Part shown: positions 38,236-50,059 of the stretch, piece by piece
Numbering within the stretch: the first letter of the stretch is position 1
Layout of the letters: each line of letters opens with the position of its first letter
NCBI GenBank assembly: GCA_963668315.1
Contig: OY764216.1
Location: forward strand, 192,001-256,000
Direction: 5' to 3'
Length of the DNA stretch: 64,000 bases
From: Spirochaetia bacterium
Lineage (GTDB): Bacteria > Spirochaetota > Spirochaetia > DSM-2461
Notes under the pieces: model-generated
The model's input: only the letters and a program-made list of their open reading frames with translations
Database searches by the model: none
Told to the model about the DNA's origin: nothing
Translations under genes and position numbers: made by a program

Positions 38236-40083
38236 ATGATCCAAATGAAAACACAATCGGCCCCTCCTTCCTTCCCCCTGGTGGACAGGAAGGAACCCCA
38301 GCTCTACAGAGAGCAATTCCCCTATTCGGAAGTACCCCGTATCCTCTTTGAAAATAACTACCTCATGCCTGATCCTCCCGAAGAAATCTGGATAACCGAC
38401 ACCACGTTCCGAGACGGACAGCAGGCCAGGCCCCCCTACACCCCCCGGCAGATCGGGGATCTATACGCTTTCATGTCCCGTCTGGGCGGGCCCAACGGTA
38501 TAATCCGCCAGAGCGAATTCTTTATCTACAGCAAACGGGACCAGCAGGCTCTTGAGATATGCCAGAACATGAATCTTCCCTTTCCGGAGATAACCAGCTG
38601 GATCAGGGCAGACAGAAATGATCTGTCCCTGGTAAAAGAGAGGGGTTTGAAGGAGACGGGAATACTGACCTCCGTTTCGGACTACCATATATTCCTCAAA
38701 CTCAAGAAGAGCCGGCGCAAGGCCATGGATGATTACCTCGCTATCGTAAAAGATGCTCTGGATGAGGGGATCCTCCCCCGCTGCCATTTCGAGGATATAA
38801 CCCGGGCCGACGTTTACGGTTTCTGCCTTCCCTTTGCCCAGGAGCTCCTGAAACTGTCCCGGGAAGCGGGAATCCCCGTGAAGATCCGCCTGTGCGACAC
38901 CATGGGCTACGGCATATCCTATCCGGGCGCCGTCCTTCCCCGAAGCGTCCCCAAGCTTGTCCATGCCTTTCGCAATGAACTGGGTTATCCCGCCGAATGG
39001 CTGGAATGGCACGGCCATAATGACTTTCACAAGGTCCACATTAACGGCTCCACCGCCTGGCTCTACGGGCTGAGCGCTCTGAACGCCTCCCTGCTGGGCT
39101 ACGGGGAAAGAACGGGTAACCCCCCCCTGGAAAGCGCCGTCATAGAGTACATCGGGTTGACCGGCAGCGCCAACGGGATGGACACCACGGTCATAACGGA
39201 AATTGCCGAATACTTCACCCGGGAAATCAAGGCTTCCATTCCGGCAAATTACCCCTTTGTCGGTAAGGACTTTAACACGACCCGTGCGGGAATTCATGCG
39301 GACGGCATTCTCAAGAGCCCCGAGATTTACAACATATTCGATACGGACAAACTCCTCAACCGTCCCCTCAGAGTTACGGTCACCGACAAATCCGGGGCGG
39401 CCGGTATTGCCCGCTGGCTGAACGAAAACATAGAGACGGTAAAGAACGGCAAGAGAGAGCCCATCAACAAGCGGGATCCCGGAGTGTACCCCATCAACCT
39501 GTGGGTGCAGGAGCAGTATGCCAACGGACGGACCACCGCCATCTCACCCGACGAGCTCACGGCCCAGGCGAAGCACTATATTCCCAGTCTGTTCATCTCC
39601 GATTTCGAATCCATCCAGACCACGGCGAAAGACAAGGCCATGAGAATTTCCGAAGTAATAACGAAGTCCCGGGAAGTGCAGAGTCTGGATCCGCAGATCA
39701 TGGAGCCCTATCTGAAATCCGTTCTTAAAAGGGAGCCCTCCATCCAGCTGCTGGCCATTACCAATCTCAACGGATACCGTATCAGCCAGGTTCATACGCA
39801 GAGGGGAGACAAAAGTCTGTACCGCCGCCTGATGGATAAGGACTTCAATGAGCATAACTGGTTTATCCGGGTAAAGGAAACGGGCGAAGCTTACTGTTCG
39901 GAAATCTTCAATTCGGTCTTTACCGACAGAATGATTATTACCGTGGCCCTGCCCCTCCGCTCCCAAACGGGGGAAATCCGGGCTATCATCGACATTGACT
40001 TCACCTTCAATGAGCTGGTCAAACTGGAGTCGAACATACCCGACGAAATCCTGGCTCTGGGAGAGGAGATCTACCGTTCCTGA
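38236..40083 (+). CDS. Re-citrate synthase-like DRE-TIM metallolyase with C-terminal Cache/PDC-like domain
   Basis: ITDTTFRDGQQ, HFEDITRAD, EWHGHNDF, GERTGN, TRAGIHADG; C-terminal WF....TGE.Y.S.......IITVALP. Confidence 0.75.
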   Translation: MIQMKTQSAPPSFPLVDRKEPQLYREQFPYSEVPRILFENNYLMPDPPEEIWITDTTFRDGQQARPPYTPRQIGDLYAFMSRLGGPNGIIRQSEFFIYSKRDQQALEICQNMNLPFPEITSWIRADRNDLSLVKERGLKETGILTSVSDYHIFLKLKKSRRKAMDDYLAIVKDALDEGILPRCHFEDITRADVYGFCLPFAQELLKLSREAGIPVKIRLCDTMGYGISYPGAVLPRSVPKLVHAFRNELGYPAEWLEWHGHNDFHKVHINGSTAWLYGLSALNASLLGYGERTGNPPLESAVIEYIGLTGSANGMDTTVITEIAEYFTREIKASIPANYPFVGKDFNTTRAGIHADGILKSPEIYNIFDTDKLLNRPLRVTVTDKSGAAGIARWLNENIETVKNGKREPINKRDPGVYPINLWVQEQYANGRTTAISPDELTAQAKHYIPSLFISDFESIQTTAKDKAMRISEVITKSREVQSLDPQIMEPYLKSVLKREPSIQLLAITNLNGYRISQVHTQRGDKSLYRRLMDKDFNEHNWFIRVKETGEAYCSEIFNSVFTDRMIITVALPLRSQTGEIRAIIDIDFTFNELVKLESNIPDEILALGEEIYRS

Positions 40084-40300
40084 TACAGGTCGTCCCGCCT
40101 TCCGGGGAGACATCATCTTACCACGACGATACATAGGGCGTAATAAGTTTTTCCTATTACGCCATATGTATTATTAATGCACTTATCGTATATTTGATAA
40201 TCCGATTTATTGCTTTTCTCTTTCTTCTCTCATAAACTTTATATAATCTCTGATACGGATTCTCCCCCTCGGCGGAATCACCAAAATAAGGAAATAGAGT

Positions 40301-42388
40301 ATGAATAAGCGCAACTCGATACAAATAGTCATTACCGGAGCGGTTCTTCTGGGGCTGGCCGTGATCTTTGTCACCCTGACACTGATCAGCAGTCTGGTGG
40401 CGTCTCAGGTTATCGGTCAGATTGAGACCGAAAACCTGATCTCGGAAACGGAAGACCTCTCCATAAAACTTTCAGATCAGCTGGAACTGGAATCCACCAG
40501 GGTTGAACTTCTCAGCCACAGTCATGCCGTTATCAACAGCCTGGCAACCGACGACCCATCCCCATCCAATCAGATACTGACAAGGGAAGCGGAGAAAAAC
40601 CCCTACATTGACTCGATATTTCTCATTAAATCAGACGGTATCGTCTGGTCGAGCAACCAGCCGAAGGCCATCGGGATGGATCTGCATAACGAGCCTTTCT
40701 TCACCGACTTCATCAATATGCCCGAGGACATTTACATAGATCAGTCTCTTGTTCTCTCCCCCATAACCGGACATGTACTTACCAGTGCGGTCAAGGTAAT
40801 CCAGGAGAGTTCCGGCCGCAGGACGCTGCTTGTCAGCAGTCTGGATATGACGGTCCTCTTCGGAGAAAGGATTCTCAACAGGACGTATGGAGAGGAGGGA
40901 TATCCGCTTATCTTCACGGATAAGGGAGTTGTGGCCGGTCATCACGATGAAGATCTGATACTTACCGATCAGTCGGCCAACACAGAAAGCTTTATTTCCC
41001 AGGTTCTCAAGGAAAAACAGGCTGAGGGAAATCTGATATTCGACGGTCCCGACGGAGGAGAGTATGTGTTCTATCAGAAGCTTGATCTCGTTCCCTGGTT
41101 TGCCGCCGTGACCATTTCCGACCGGGATATGCACAGCCGGACGGCCTATCTGGTGAATCGCATGATAATAATAAGTGGCCTATCCTGCCTGATCCTCCTC
41201 CTGCTGCTTACCCAGATTATTCGGGGCTTCATCATCAAGAGGATAGCCAGACTGGATAATCACCTGAATGTGATTGCCCGGGGAGATCTAACCCAGCGGG
41301 TGCAGATACGAAGAAAAGATGAGATCGCCTCTATCTATAAAAGCACCAATTTCCTTCTGGAAAGCTTCTCTTCCTTTCTGATTAATTTGAAGAACCGAAT
41401 CAGCCGGATTGATGAATCGAGCCTGGAAATGAGTTCGGGAATCACCGAAACCGCCGCCTCGATAAACCAGATCACAAGCAATGTCCAAAGCATCCAGAAG
41501 CAGATGGAAGGCCAGTCGGCCAGCACCAGCCAGGCGGCCGCCGCCGTCGAAGAGCTTACCCGGAATATCGATCTCCTCAATAACGGGATACAGGAACAGT
41601 CCTCCAGCATCAGCCAGTCCTCCGCCGCCATTGAACAGATGATGGGTAATATCAATTCCGTGACAAATACCCTTAATCAGGCAGCAGACAAAGTGGGAAA
41701 TATGACGACGTCTTCCGCTAAAGGCAAAGATTCGATGGAGGAAGTCCTTTCTATTGTCAAAAGGATAGCAACCGACTCGGACCAGCTGGTCCAGGCCAAC
41801 AGCCTCATAAACAATATTGCCAGCCAGACCAATCTTCTCTCCATGAATGCCGCCATCGAAGCGGCCCACGCGGGGGAAGCGGGAAAAGGGTTTTCTGTCG
41901 TAGCCGATGAAATCAGGAAACTGGCAGAAGAATCCACAGCCCAGTCCAAGGAAGTCAGTTCAAATCTGAACCTTATCATCAGTTCGATAAACCGTGTCCT
42001 CGAGGCGACGGAGAATAATGTGGCCGAGTTTGAGTCAATGACTCAATCCGTGACGGAAGTGGAAGATATTTTCCGGATGATTGACGGCTCCATGAAGGAA
42101 CTCAACACCGGTTCGTCCCAGATCCTGGAAGGCCTGGCCCATATGAAGGATATCTCCTCCCACGTTACCACCGGGTCGGAGGAGATGAAAAACGGGAACC
42201 GACAGATTCTGGAAACGGTGGAACACCTCCAGGATATCAGCGGGCAGACCATATCTGCCATATCAGAGATATCCCTGGGCATCAAAGAGATTAATAACGC
42301 GATTGTGGAGCAGGAAGAATTAAGCAGAAACAACAGCGATCAGGTTTCTGAAATACTCAGGGAATCGGAACAGTTTAAAACGGAATAG
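40301..42388 (+). CDS. Methyl-accepting chemotaxis protein (Cache, HAMP, MCP signal domains)
   Basis: Two TMs; [38 protein letters not shown]. Confidence 0.94.
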   Translation: MNKRNSIQIVITGAVLLGLAVIFVTLTLISSLVASQVIGQIETENLISETEDLSIKLSDQLELESTRVELLSHSHAVINSLATDDPSPSNQILTREAEKNPYIDSIFLIKSDGIVWSSNQPKAIGMDLHNEPFFTDFINMPEDIYIDQSLVLSPITGHVLTSAVKVIQESSGRRTLLVSSLDMTVLFGERILNRTYGEEGYPLIFTDKGVVAGHHDEDLILTDQSANTESFISQVLKEKQAEGNLIFDGPDGGEYVFYQKLDLVPWFAAVTISDRDMHSRTAYLVNRMIIISGLSCLILLLLLTQIIRGFIIKRIARLDNHLNVIARGDLTQRVQIRRKDEIASIYKSTNFLLESFSSFLINLKNRISRIDESSLEMSSGITETAASINQITSNVQSIQKQMEGQSASTSQAAAAVEELTRNIDLLNNGIQEQSSSISQSSAAIEQMMGNINSVTNTLNQAADKVGNMTTSSAKGKDSMEEVLSIVKRIATDSDQLVQANSLINNIASQTNLLSMNAAIEAAHAGEAGKGFSVVADEIRKLAEESTAQSKEVSSNLNLIISSINRVLEATENNVAEFESMTQSVTEVEDIFRMIDGSMKELNTGSSQILEGLAHMKDISSHVTTGSEEMKNGNRQILETVEHLQDISGQTISAISEISLGIKEINNAIVEQEELSRNNSDQVSEILRESEQFKTE

Positions 42389-42412
42389 CCGCCCGTTCCA
42401 GGCGGCCAGCTC

Positions 42413-44503
42413 CTACAGACCGGTCTCCCTCAGGAGGTACTCATAAACATCGTTCTGAGACCGGTTGGGGTCGTCATTATCCCTCCGGTAATCATTCTTA
42501 AGCTCCGGATCCAGTATCCGGGCTTTCTGATTATCCCTCCACTGGATATCGAAGATATCCTTGAGAAGCTTTTTCAGGTTATCCTGGTAAACGGGACAGG
42601 TGACTTCCACTCTGCGGTCGATATTCCGGCTCAGCCAGTCGGCCGACGTGATAAAGGTCACTCTCTCCCCCCCGTGGCGGAAGATGAAAAAGCGGGCGTG
42701 TTCCAGGTATTTGTCCACGATACTTATGGCCTTGATATTCTCGCTCCAGCCCTTCTGCCCGGGAATCAGGGAAAAACGTCCCCGGCCGATGATCTTGATT
42801 TTCACGCCTTCATTACTGGCCTCGTACAGCTTCTTGATCATTCCCTCGTCGCTGAGGTTATTTAGTTTCAGATGGATATAGGCCCTCTCCCCCTTCCTGG
42901 CGAATTCGATCTCATCATCTATCAGCTCACACATCCGCTGCCGGAAGTTATAGGGGCTCACCACAATATGGCGGTTCCTTCTGTGCCGGTAATTGTTCTC
43001 GAAGAAATCGAAAAGGGCCGCCACTTCATCGGTGATGCGGGAGTCGGCGGTCAGTAGGAAACAGTCGGTGTACAGGGCGGCGGTATTCTCATTCATGTTG
43101 CCCGTACCCACCCCGCAGTAACGTACCAGGGAACCCCTTTCCCATCGCTCTATGACAAAGGTCTTGGAATGAACTTTCAGCCCCTCCACACCGAATATGA
43201 CTTTGACGTCGTTCTCCCTCAGAATATTCGCCCAGTAGAGGTTGTTCTCTTCGTCAAACCGGGCCTGAAGCTCAAGGACGACAACCACTTCCTTGCGGTT
43301 CTTCCGGGCATTAATGAGGGCATTCACCACACTGGAGAAGTCGGCTACCCGGTAGAGGGTAATCTTAATGCTGTCCACATTGGAATCCATGGAGGCGGCA
43401 CGCAGAAGATCGATAATGATGCCGAAACTGTGATAGGGAAAGTACAGCAGGGAATCCTTTGACCGTATGGCGGAGAAAATGTTCTTTCCCCGGGGAAAGT
43501 TCCTGTGTTCAATCGAATCATTAGTCTCGGAACAGGGCAGGTTCAGAAGCTTCGGAAGGGCGCTCATGTCCCGCAGATAGTGGTATCTACCGCCGGAAGT
43601 GATGGTATCGTACTTGCGGAACCGCATCTTGCGTGTGAAAAAGGTCAGAAGCTCTTCGGGCATTTTTCTGTCATAGAGAAACCAGACGGCCCTCCCCTCT
43701 TTGCGCTTCTGGAGACTCTCGTTAATCTTGTTCATATAACTGGTTTCCAGGTCGGAGTCGTCTATATACAGCTCCGAATCCTGAACGACCTTGATATTCC
43801 AGGCCCGAAAGGTATTGTATTTCTTATCAAGATTGGAAAAAATGACCGGCAGCCCTTCCCGTACAATATCATCTATCCATATAACCCGGGTCGATTTTCC
43901 GGTGGAAGGTAAAACGACGAAACGGGGAAGCACCTTGGTCGGGATTTCGATAATGCTGTACTTGGGATTCTGCTTGGTCCTGTTTTTCCGGGAGAGCTCG
44001 ACGGTAAGATAGAGAGACTTGTCCTTGAGGTCGGGCAGACGGTAGCGGGCATCGAGCATGATAGGGAAAATCTTATTACGCACTTCCCTGTCAAAATAGT
44101 TCCTTACAAAGGCCCTCTCCTCGTCATTGAGCCTCGTCTCGTCCACCAGATAGATGCCCAGTTCTTCCAGCTCTTTCATAATGGCCAGGGAGATATCGTT
44201 GAACTTGCCCCTCTGAATCGCCACCATTTCCTGGATCTTTTCCATGGCCTTATCGGGGGATTCTTTCAGCAGTTCCTCTCCCATTTTCCCCATTTGACAG
44301 AAACGGCGCACCATGGCCACGCGTACGCGGAAGAACTCATCCAGATTGGATGAATAGATTCCCAGGAATTTAATCCGTTCTCCGATGGGATTTCTGAAGT
44401 CCTCCGCTTCCTGAAGAACCCGCTCATTGAAGCTCAGCCAGCTTACTTCTTTATTGATAAAAGGATATTTCCTCGTTTTTTCTTTTACTTTCTTATGATT
44501 CAC
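42413..44503 (-). CDS. ppk1: Polyphosphate kinase 1
   Basis: SWLSFNERVLQEA, SNLDEFFRVRVA, PYHSF, IKITLYR, ELQARFDEENN, KVHSK, RRVEV. Confidence 0.95.
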   Translation of the reverse strand: MNHKKVKEKTRKYPFINKEVSWLSFNERVLQEAEDFRNPIGERIKFLGIYSSNLDEFFRVRVAMVRRFCQMGKMGEELLKESPDKAMEKIQEMVAIQRGKFNDISLAIMKELEELGIYLVDETRLNDEERAFVRNYFDREVRNKIFPIMLDARYRLPDLKDKSLYLTVELSRKNRTKQNPKYSIIEIPTKVLPRFVVLPSTGKSTRVIWIDDIVREGLPVIFSNLDKKYNTFRAWNIKVVQDSELYIDDSDLETSYMNKINESLQKRKEGRAVWFLYDRKMPEELLTFFTRKMRFRKYDTITSGGRYHYLRDMSALPKLLNLPCSETNDSIEHRNFPRGKNIFSAIRSKDSLLYFPYHSFGIIIDLLRAASMDSNVDSIKITLYRVADFSSVVNALINARKNRKEVVVVLELQARFDEENNLYWANILRENDVKVIFGVEGLKVHSKTFVIERWERGSLVRYCGVGTGNMNENTAALYTDCFLLTADSRITDEVAALFDFFENNYRHRRNRHIVVSPYNFRQRMCELIDDEIEFARKGERAYIHLKLNNLSDEGMIKKLYEASNEGVKIKIIGRGRFSLIPGQKGWSENIKAISIVDKYLEHARFFIFRHGGERVTFITSADWLSRNIDRRVEVTCPVYQDNLKKLLKDIFDIQWRDNQKARILDPELKNDYRRDNDDPNRSQNDVYEYLLRETGL

Positions 44504-44719
44504 GAAACAGCTCCACTTCTATTGTAACATAATTCTCATCTCTGTGCCCGGTAAAACCGGGATTCCTCTCCGGATTTTTCCCGGAAACCGTTCATTAAAC
44601 GAGTAAGAATCTTAACGGAGCGCTGAAAAAATCCCGTCCACGTCAATCCCCTTGAAATATATGTACATATATGGCATAAGTATCAGATAAAGGCGATTTG
44701 CCGCAACAGGGGAAATGAG

Positions 44720-45823
44720 ATGAAATACGTGCAATACGGTAACAAGGGAATAGAAGTATCCCGCATTGGCTTCGGCGGAATGAGATTTGAAAATCCCGAA
44801 GATATCGACGGTTCGGCCGAGACGGTTCTCCATGCTTTTGAGAAGGGCATTACCTATTTTGATACGGCCCCGGGCTACTGCAACGACAAATCGGAAATCA
44901 TCGTGGGCACCGCCGTCAAAGAGATGAAAAAGACCGGAAAACCTTTTTACCTCTCCAGCAAAAGCAACAATCCCGACGGCAAGATCTTCCGGGAGGAACT
45001 GGAACGGACCTTGAAACGGCTGAATGTGGACCAGATCGACTTCTACAACATCTGGTATGTTAAATCCCTGGACGAATGGCGCGGACGGGTGGAAGGGGGC
45101 GCCGTCAGGGAAATCCTCAAAGCCAAGGAAGAGGGGCTGATCCGCTTTTCCAACTACACCTCCCACCAGCCCGGCTGGGAGATTGCCGAAATCATCAGGG
45201 AGAATCCCTGGCTGGACGGGATGACCCTGGGCTACAACGCCACCAACTTCGCCCACCGCCTGGAGGGTATCCGCGCCGCCCACGCCGCCGGCATGGGAAC
45301 CGCCCTGATGAATCCCCTGGGAGGGGGCATGATCCCCCAGAACCCCCAGGCCTTCGAATTCATCCGTGTCCACGAGAACCAGTCCATCGTGGAAGCGGCC
45401 ATCCACTTCTGCATGGCCACCGAAGAGGCTACCCTCCCCCTCATCGGCTTCCGCAACAAGTCCGACGTGGATGACGCCATCCGGGCCGAAGAATCCTTCA
45501 TCGACTATACGGCCGAAGAGATGGAAGAGATCAAGGGCCACATAGAGGAGAGCTTCGACGCCCTCTGCACCACCTGCGGATACTGCAAGAACTGTCCCGT
45601 GGACATCCCCGTGTGGGCCTTCATGGAGACGGCCAACGCCCTCTTTATCAAAACCGAAGGTCCCGCGGCGAACCGGCTCAAGTACCACTGGGCCACCTCC
45701 ATCGACCTGCTCGACACCTGTATCGAATGCCGCAAATGCGAGCGGGCCTGCACCCAGAAACTGCCCATTCTCGAACGGTTCGATAAACTCAGAGAACTGG
45801 TGGCATCGGAAGCCGCCGAATAA
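44720..45823 (+). CDS. Aldo/keto reductase with C-terminal 4Fe-4S dicluster
   Basis: IGFGGMRF, YFDTAPGY, CTTCGYCKNCP, CIECRKCERACTQ. Confidence 0.9.
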   Translation: MKYVQYGNKGIEVSRIGFGGMRFENPEDIDGSAETVLHAFEKGITYFDTAPGYCNDKSEIIVGTAVKEMKKTGKPFYLSSKSNNPDGKIFREELERTLKRLNVDQIDFYNIWYVKSLDEWRGRVEGGAVREILKAKEEGLIRFSNYTSHQPGWEIAEIIRENPWLDGMTLGYNATNFAHRLEGIRAAHAAGMGTALMNPLGGGMIPQNPQAFEFIRVHENQSIVEAAIHFCMATEEATLPLIGFRNKSDVDDAIRAEESFIDYTAEEMEEIKGHIEESFDALCTTCGYCKNCPVDIPVWAFMETANALFIKTEGPAANRLKYHWATSIDLLDTCIECRKCERACTQKLPILERFDKLRELVASEAAE

Positions 45824-45954
45824 GAGGAAAATCCCGTCTTTTAAAAAAGGCGGGACCGGCGCTCCAATCTCTTTTCCCTACGGATCAGCCCTTGAAAAAA
45901 ACCGGTAAATCCTCAATAATGCATTTTAACGTAACGAATACACAGGAGATACCC

Positions 45955-47265
45955 ATGTCCAAAAAAATCGGCATAGCCATCGTCGGCTGCGGTACCGTCG
46001 GAGGAGCCACGGCCAAACTGCTGACCGAAGATATCGACTTTATTAATAAAAGATCCGGACTGAATCTGGAGCTCACCGCCATTGTGGACCGGGATGCGGC
46101 TCCTCTTGCCAGAATGGGACTGGATACGGCTCTTTTCGAGCCGGAATTCCAGAAGGTACTGGATAATAACGAGATCAGAATCGTCGTGGAACTGGTCGGC
46201 GGTCTTACCATTGCCAAACAGTTTATCGAAAAGGCCCTGAAGGCAGGAAAGCACGTTGTCACGGCAAACAAGGCCCTTCTGGCCCACTACGGAAAGGAAC
46301 TTTTCGCCCTGGCCCGGGAAAAAAACGTTGCCATAGGCTTCGAAGCCAGCTGCGGCGGCGGAATCCCCATCATAAAAGCGCTGACCGACGGTCTTCTGGC
46401 GAACCGGATAGATGCTTTCTTCGGGATCGTCAACGGAACCTGTAACTATATCCTCACGGAAATGACCGAAAAGGGGCAATCCTACAAGGAAGCTCTGGGA
46501 GCGGCCCAGAAACAGGGCCTTGCCGAGGCCGATCCCACACTGGATGTAAACGGCATGGATTCCGCCCATAAACTGACGATCATGAGCAGCCTGTCCTACA
46601 GCGAGAATGTCTGTCTGGAAAACCTTTCCGTCCATGGTATCGACAAACTGGAAAAAGTCGATGTGGAGATGGGAAAAGACCTCGGCTACGTTGTGAAGCT
46701 CCTTGCCGCGGCAAGACAGACCCCGCAGGGGCTGGATCTTTCCGTATCGCCCTGTTTCATAAGCACGGACCACCCTCTGGCCAGAGTCTCCGGACCTTTC
46801 AATGCTATCAGCGTCTACGGACACGCCGTGGGCCACACCATGTATTACGGCCGCGGTGCGGGCGGTTCCCCCACGGCATCGGCCGTGTCCGCCGATATCC
46901 TCTCCCTGGCCCTGGGAATCACCCAGAAATCCTTTGAGAGCCTTACCTGCTGGCCCGACCTGACGCCCGAGGCAAAGCTGATAGACAGGAATGACTCGGT
47001 CAACCGTTACTACCTCAGACTGGTAACCGATGACAAGCCCGGAGTGGTTTCCCATATCTCCACCCTGCTCAGCGACAAGGGGATCAGCATCAGTTCCATG
47101 CTCCAGAAGGAAGCCAGAGAACCGGTTACCCTGGTCATAACAACACATGAGGCCCGGGAAGGAGACATCCTTGAAGTTCTGAAATCCCTGGAGCAGCTTT
47201 CCGAAATACGGGAAAAGCCGGTCTATATAAAGATTATAGAAGAGCATAAGGAAACAATCGCCTGA
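45955..47265 (+). CDS. hom: Homoserine dehydrogenase with ACT domain
   Basis: GCGTVGG, VVTANKA, FEASCGGGIP, GIVNGTCNYIL, AEADP..DV.G.D; ACT motif DKPGV. Confidence 0.93.
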   Translation: MSKKIGIAIVGCGTVGGATAKLLTEDIDFINKRSGLNLELTAIVDRDAAPLARMGLDTALFEPEFQKVLDNNEIRIVVELVGGLTIAKQFIEKALKAGKHVVTANKALLAHYGKELFALAREKNVAIGFEASCGGGIPIIKALTDGLLANRIDAFFGIVNGTCNYILTEMTEKGQSYKEALGAAQKQGLAEADPTLDVNGMDSAHKLTIMSSLSYSENVCLENLSVHGIDKLEKVDVEMGKDLGYVVKLLAAARQTPQGLDLSVSPCFISTDHPLARVSGPFNAISVYGHAVGHTMYYGRGAGGSPTASAVSADILSLALGITQKSFESLTCWPDLTPEAKLIDRNDSVNRYYLRLVTDDKPGVVSHISTLLSDKGISISSMLQKEAREPVTLVITTHEAREGDILEVLKSLEQLSEIREKPVYIKIIEEHKETIA

Positions 47266-47409
47266 TTTTTCGAGGCGGTTCTGGGCCTCTCGCGCTCCCT
47301 GAACCGCCTCTCAAGATTGTTCGTTCATGTTTCACTCAATTTTATCCCCCTATCTGCCGAAAAAAATAATGAGATAAAATGAATTACAAAAAGGGGGACT
47401 ATCTCAACT

Positions 47410-47703
47410 ATGGAAAATGATTTCGAACAGGAAAGCGGCAAAATATATTGCGCGAACTGTGTACATTGCAAGTTAATGAGGACGCCGACCGGGTCTAATC
47501 AGTATCAGCTCAGAGTCCGTTGTGCTGCGGGAATGTGGAAGAAGAAACTGGGAGAGGAGAAATTCTACAAGTATTTCACCGTGGCCAGAAGAAGTCTTAC
47601 CACCTGTGATGAATATGAGCCGATGGGCGACGCCAAGCACTTTATAAAAGAACTGAAGAAGACCCTTCCCATAAAGGATGAGGTTTACGCAGAAAATTAC
47701 TGA
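47410..47703 (+). CDS. Small Cys-containing hypothetical protein
   Basis: 97 aa, YCANCVHCK motif, GGGGGA RBS. Confidence 0.7.
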   Translation: MENDFEQESGKIYCANCVHCKLMRTPTGSNQYQLRVRCAAGMWKKKLGEEKFYKYFTVARRSLTTCDEYEPMGDAKHFIKELKKTLPIKDEVYAENY

Positions 47704-47786
47704 ACATTTCTTTCTTCCGTTTCTCCTCAAGTTCAACCAGCTTGAAGTAATTCAGCCTATGGTTTAGAATACCGGGAGAAACGGAA

Positions 47787-48272
47787 ATGAGGAATTCAAT
47801 GATAAAAAAGATTCTACTGTCTGCCGCAACAATTCTACTTCTCAATTCATGTATGTCCTACAATGCCAGTCTGCAGGAGGACTGGACGGAAGAACAGTTT
47901 TTTAAGACAGCCCAGCAGGCATATGATCAGGATCACCTTGATGAAGCTCTGTTTTATTATGAGGTTTATCTTCTCCGTTACCCCCAGAATTACCAGAAAG
48001 GGATAGCGGCAGAATACGAAAGGGCTTATATCCATTATAAAAAGAAGGATTATTCCCAGGCTCGGGCCTATCTGAAGGGCATACTTGATAAGTATGATTC
48101 CAGTCCCTATGCCTACCTTTATCCCCAGGCATACCGGGTTCTATCCGAAAAAGTCCTCCAGGAACTGGAAGAACGGGATGCGATAAGGGAGCTGCCCTTT
48201 TTCGAGAGGGGCCGTGCCAGAAAATTCGGCATTGAAAGCCTGGAAGGCAATACAGAAGACCAGCCATCCTGA
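47787..48272 (+). CDS. TPR-like lipoprotein (BamD-like fold possible)
   Basis: Lipobox LLNSC; FKTAQQAYD, AEYERAYIHYKKKDY helical repeats. Confidence 0.7.
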   Translation: MRNSMIKKILLSAATILLLNSCMSYNASLQEDWTEEQFFKTAQQAYDQDHLDEALFYYEVYLLRYPQNYQKGIAAEYERAYIHYKKKDYSQARAYLKGILDKYDSSPYAYLYPQAYRVLSEKVLQELEERDAIRELPFFERGRARKFGIESLEGNTEDQPS

Positions 48273-48353
48273 GAGGGACAGCGCGCTTATAACGGCAAAC
48301 CGGAGCCATTTCCCACGGGAAACGCTCCGGCAGTACCAAGGGACGTTCCCGTC

Positions 48354-49187
48354 CTATTTCAGTAAATCATCCAGTGCATTATGGCTCTTGTTAAGAACCT
48401 CGGTCATCGTATTGGAATCCTTCACCAGATTATCCACATTAATGAGTGAGTTCATTGCCATCTGAATGGCCTGGCTCTGTTCCTGGATGGATATGACAAT
48501 CTGGCCGACTTGAGAGGCCGTCTCATCGGCGGTAATTTTATTCTCGCCGAAGACTTTCTGCACCTCTTCCAAAGCCATTGAGAACTCTTTCATGTTCACC
48601 ATGAAGTTGTTCAGCTCCAGACTCATATCCTTGAGGGTGGACATAAAATCGCCCATATCGCTGGTAATCTGATCGGCAAAATTATGTGTCTTCTGGGCGA
48701 GATTTCTTACTTCTCCCGCCACGATTCGGAAACCCCGCCCCGCTTCTCCCGCCCGAGCGGCTTCTATGGAGGCATTAATGGCCAGAACGTTAGTTTCCTC
48801 AGCCACATCCTGAATGTCTCCTGAAATCGTCTTAATACTTTCCGACCGCTGCTGCAGGACGGTAAATCCCTTCTGAATATCTCCCGCTCTGGCCCTGGTG
48901 GCCTCCAGATTCTCCGTGGTACTGTCGATGGTCCCGCTGACCGTACTGGTTCGTTCCACCAGAGTACCCATGGATTTTTCGATGGCAGCCGTATTGTTGG
49001 AGGAGGACTGGGCCGTGGCGCTTATCTCTTCGACCGCAGCCAGAACGTCATCCAGGGAACCGGAAATATTATCCATATTCGTCCGGATGATCCCCATAGA
49101 AGACCGGGAAACCGTATTCAGGACCTGTCCTTTGTTGTAACCGATAACAAACCGGTCTATTACATTCTTGAGTTCCTGCTGTGTCAT
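48354..49187 (-). CDS. Soluble (cytoplasmic) chemoreceptor
   Basis: [22 protein letters not shown]; no TM helix. Confidence 0.88.
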   Translation of the reverse strand: MTQQELKNVIDRFVIGYNKGQVLNTVSRSSMGIIRTNMDNISGSLDDVLAAVEEISATAQSSSNNTAAIEKSMGTLVERTSTVSGTIDSTTENLEATRARAGDIQKGFTVLQQRSESIKTISGDIQDVAEETNVLAINASIEAARAGEAGRGFRIVAGEVRNLAQKTHNFADQITSDMGDFMSTLKDMSLELNNFMVNMKEFSMALEEVQKVFGENKITADETASQVGQIVISIQEQSQAIQMAMNSLINVDNLVKDSNTMTEVLNKSHNALDDLLK

Positions 49188-49188
49188 A

Positions 49189-49956
49189 TTATGTCCGTCC
49201 GTACCATGAATCCAGCAGGTCCGTTCCGCATTCCAGATTTTCCAGCCAGCTCAGAAAAATCCGGGCACTTTCGTTCCTGAAGAGAGGACCATGCTGGGGG
49301 GCGATTATCGTCGGCTCGAGGGGCCTTACCATGTTTACCCAGCGGGCACAGACCTTACGGCTGTTCATATAGCGTTTGTGAAAACCGGTGAGAGCCCCCT
49401 TATGGGCTTCAAAATCATCGGCAAATAGGGTATCTCCGTCATAGGCCATATCGGCGGCACCGATGTCACCGGTAAAGACGATGGATGATTCGGGATCATA
49501 TAGGGAGTAACAGCCCACGGAATGCATAAAATGGGAGGGAATGACCTTCAGGGAGTATCCCCCTACTTCCAGTTTCATCCGCTCTTCTGAGATGGGGGTA
49601 ATCCTGCTGTTGTCCACGAGCCCGAAATGGGGTAGAAATCTTGTCCATAAATGGGATATATAGATCTGGGCTTTACAGATACCCATCCAGAGAGCGATAC
49701 CGGAAGAGACATCCGGATCCTGATGGGAATAGAAAATGGCTTCAATATTGTCCATGGGAATATGCTGGCTCACAGAGGAGACCACCCGTGAAAACAGATG
49801 TAATCCGCCCGGATCCAGCAATATTCCCTTACCGTTATGTATTATAAGAAACTGATTGGTGCGTATGACGCCTTTTTCTTCCTGCTCATCCGCGCCAAGC
49901 CAGATAAATTTATGGCTATCCGACTCAAATAGGACTTTTGAACTGCTTGAAGACAT
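49189..49956 (-). CDS. Metallo-beta-lactamase-fold oxygen-binding di-iron protein (ODP)-like
   Basis: LLDPGG, SHQDPDV, HFMHS, FTGDIG, FHKRYM, IAPQHG; directly upstream of the soluble MCP. Confidence 0.8.
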   Translation of the reverse strand: MSSSSSKVLFESDSHKFIWLGADEQEEKGVIRTNQFLIIHNGKGILLDPGGLHLFSRVVSSVSQHIPMDNIEAIFYSHQDPDVSSGIALWMGICKAQIYISHLWTRFLPHFGLVDNSRITPISEERMKLEVGGYSLKVIPSHFMHSVGCYSLYDPESSIVFTGDIGAADMAYDGDTLFADDFEAHKGALTGFHKRYMNSRKVCARWVNMVRPLEPTIIAPQHGPLFRNESARIFLSWLENLECGTDLLDSWYGRT

Positions 49957-50059
49957 GATAATTCTCCTAGAATATTATGTCATTAAGTTTAGACTTTGGA
50001 AGTTTCCGTGTCAATCAAATAATTTTTCTATGCCAATCGGTATCTTCTGTTTTTGCCCT

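Noticed and set aside
45824..45954. Thr/Met/Ile leader peptide or riboswitch upstream of hom
   Set aside because: Short leader after the putative promoter, with no enriched sORF and no terminator before the RBS.
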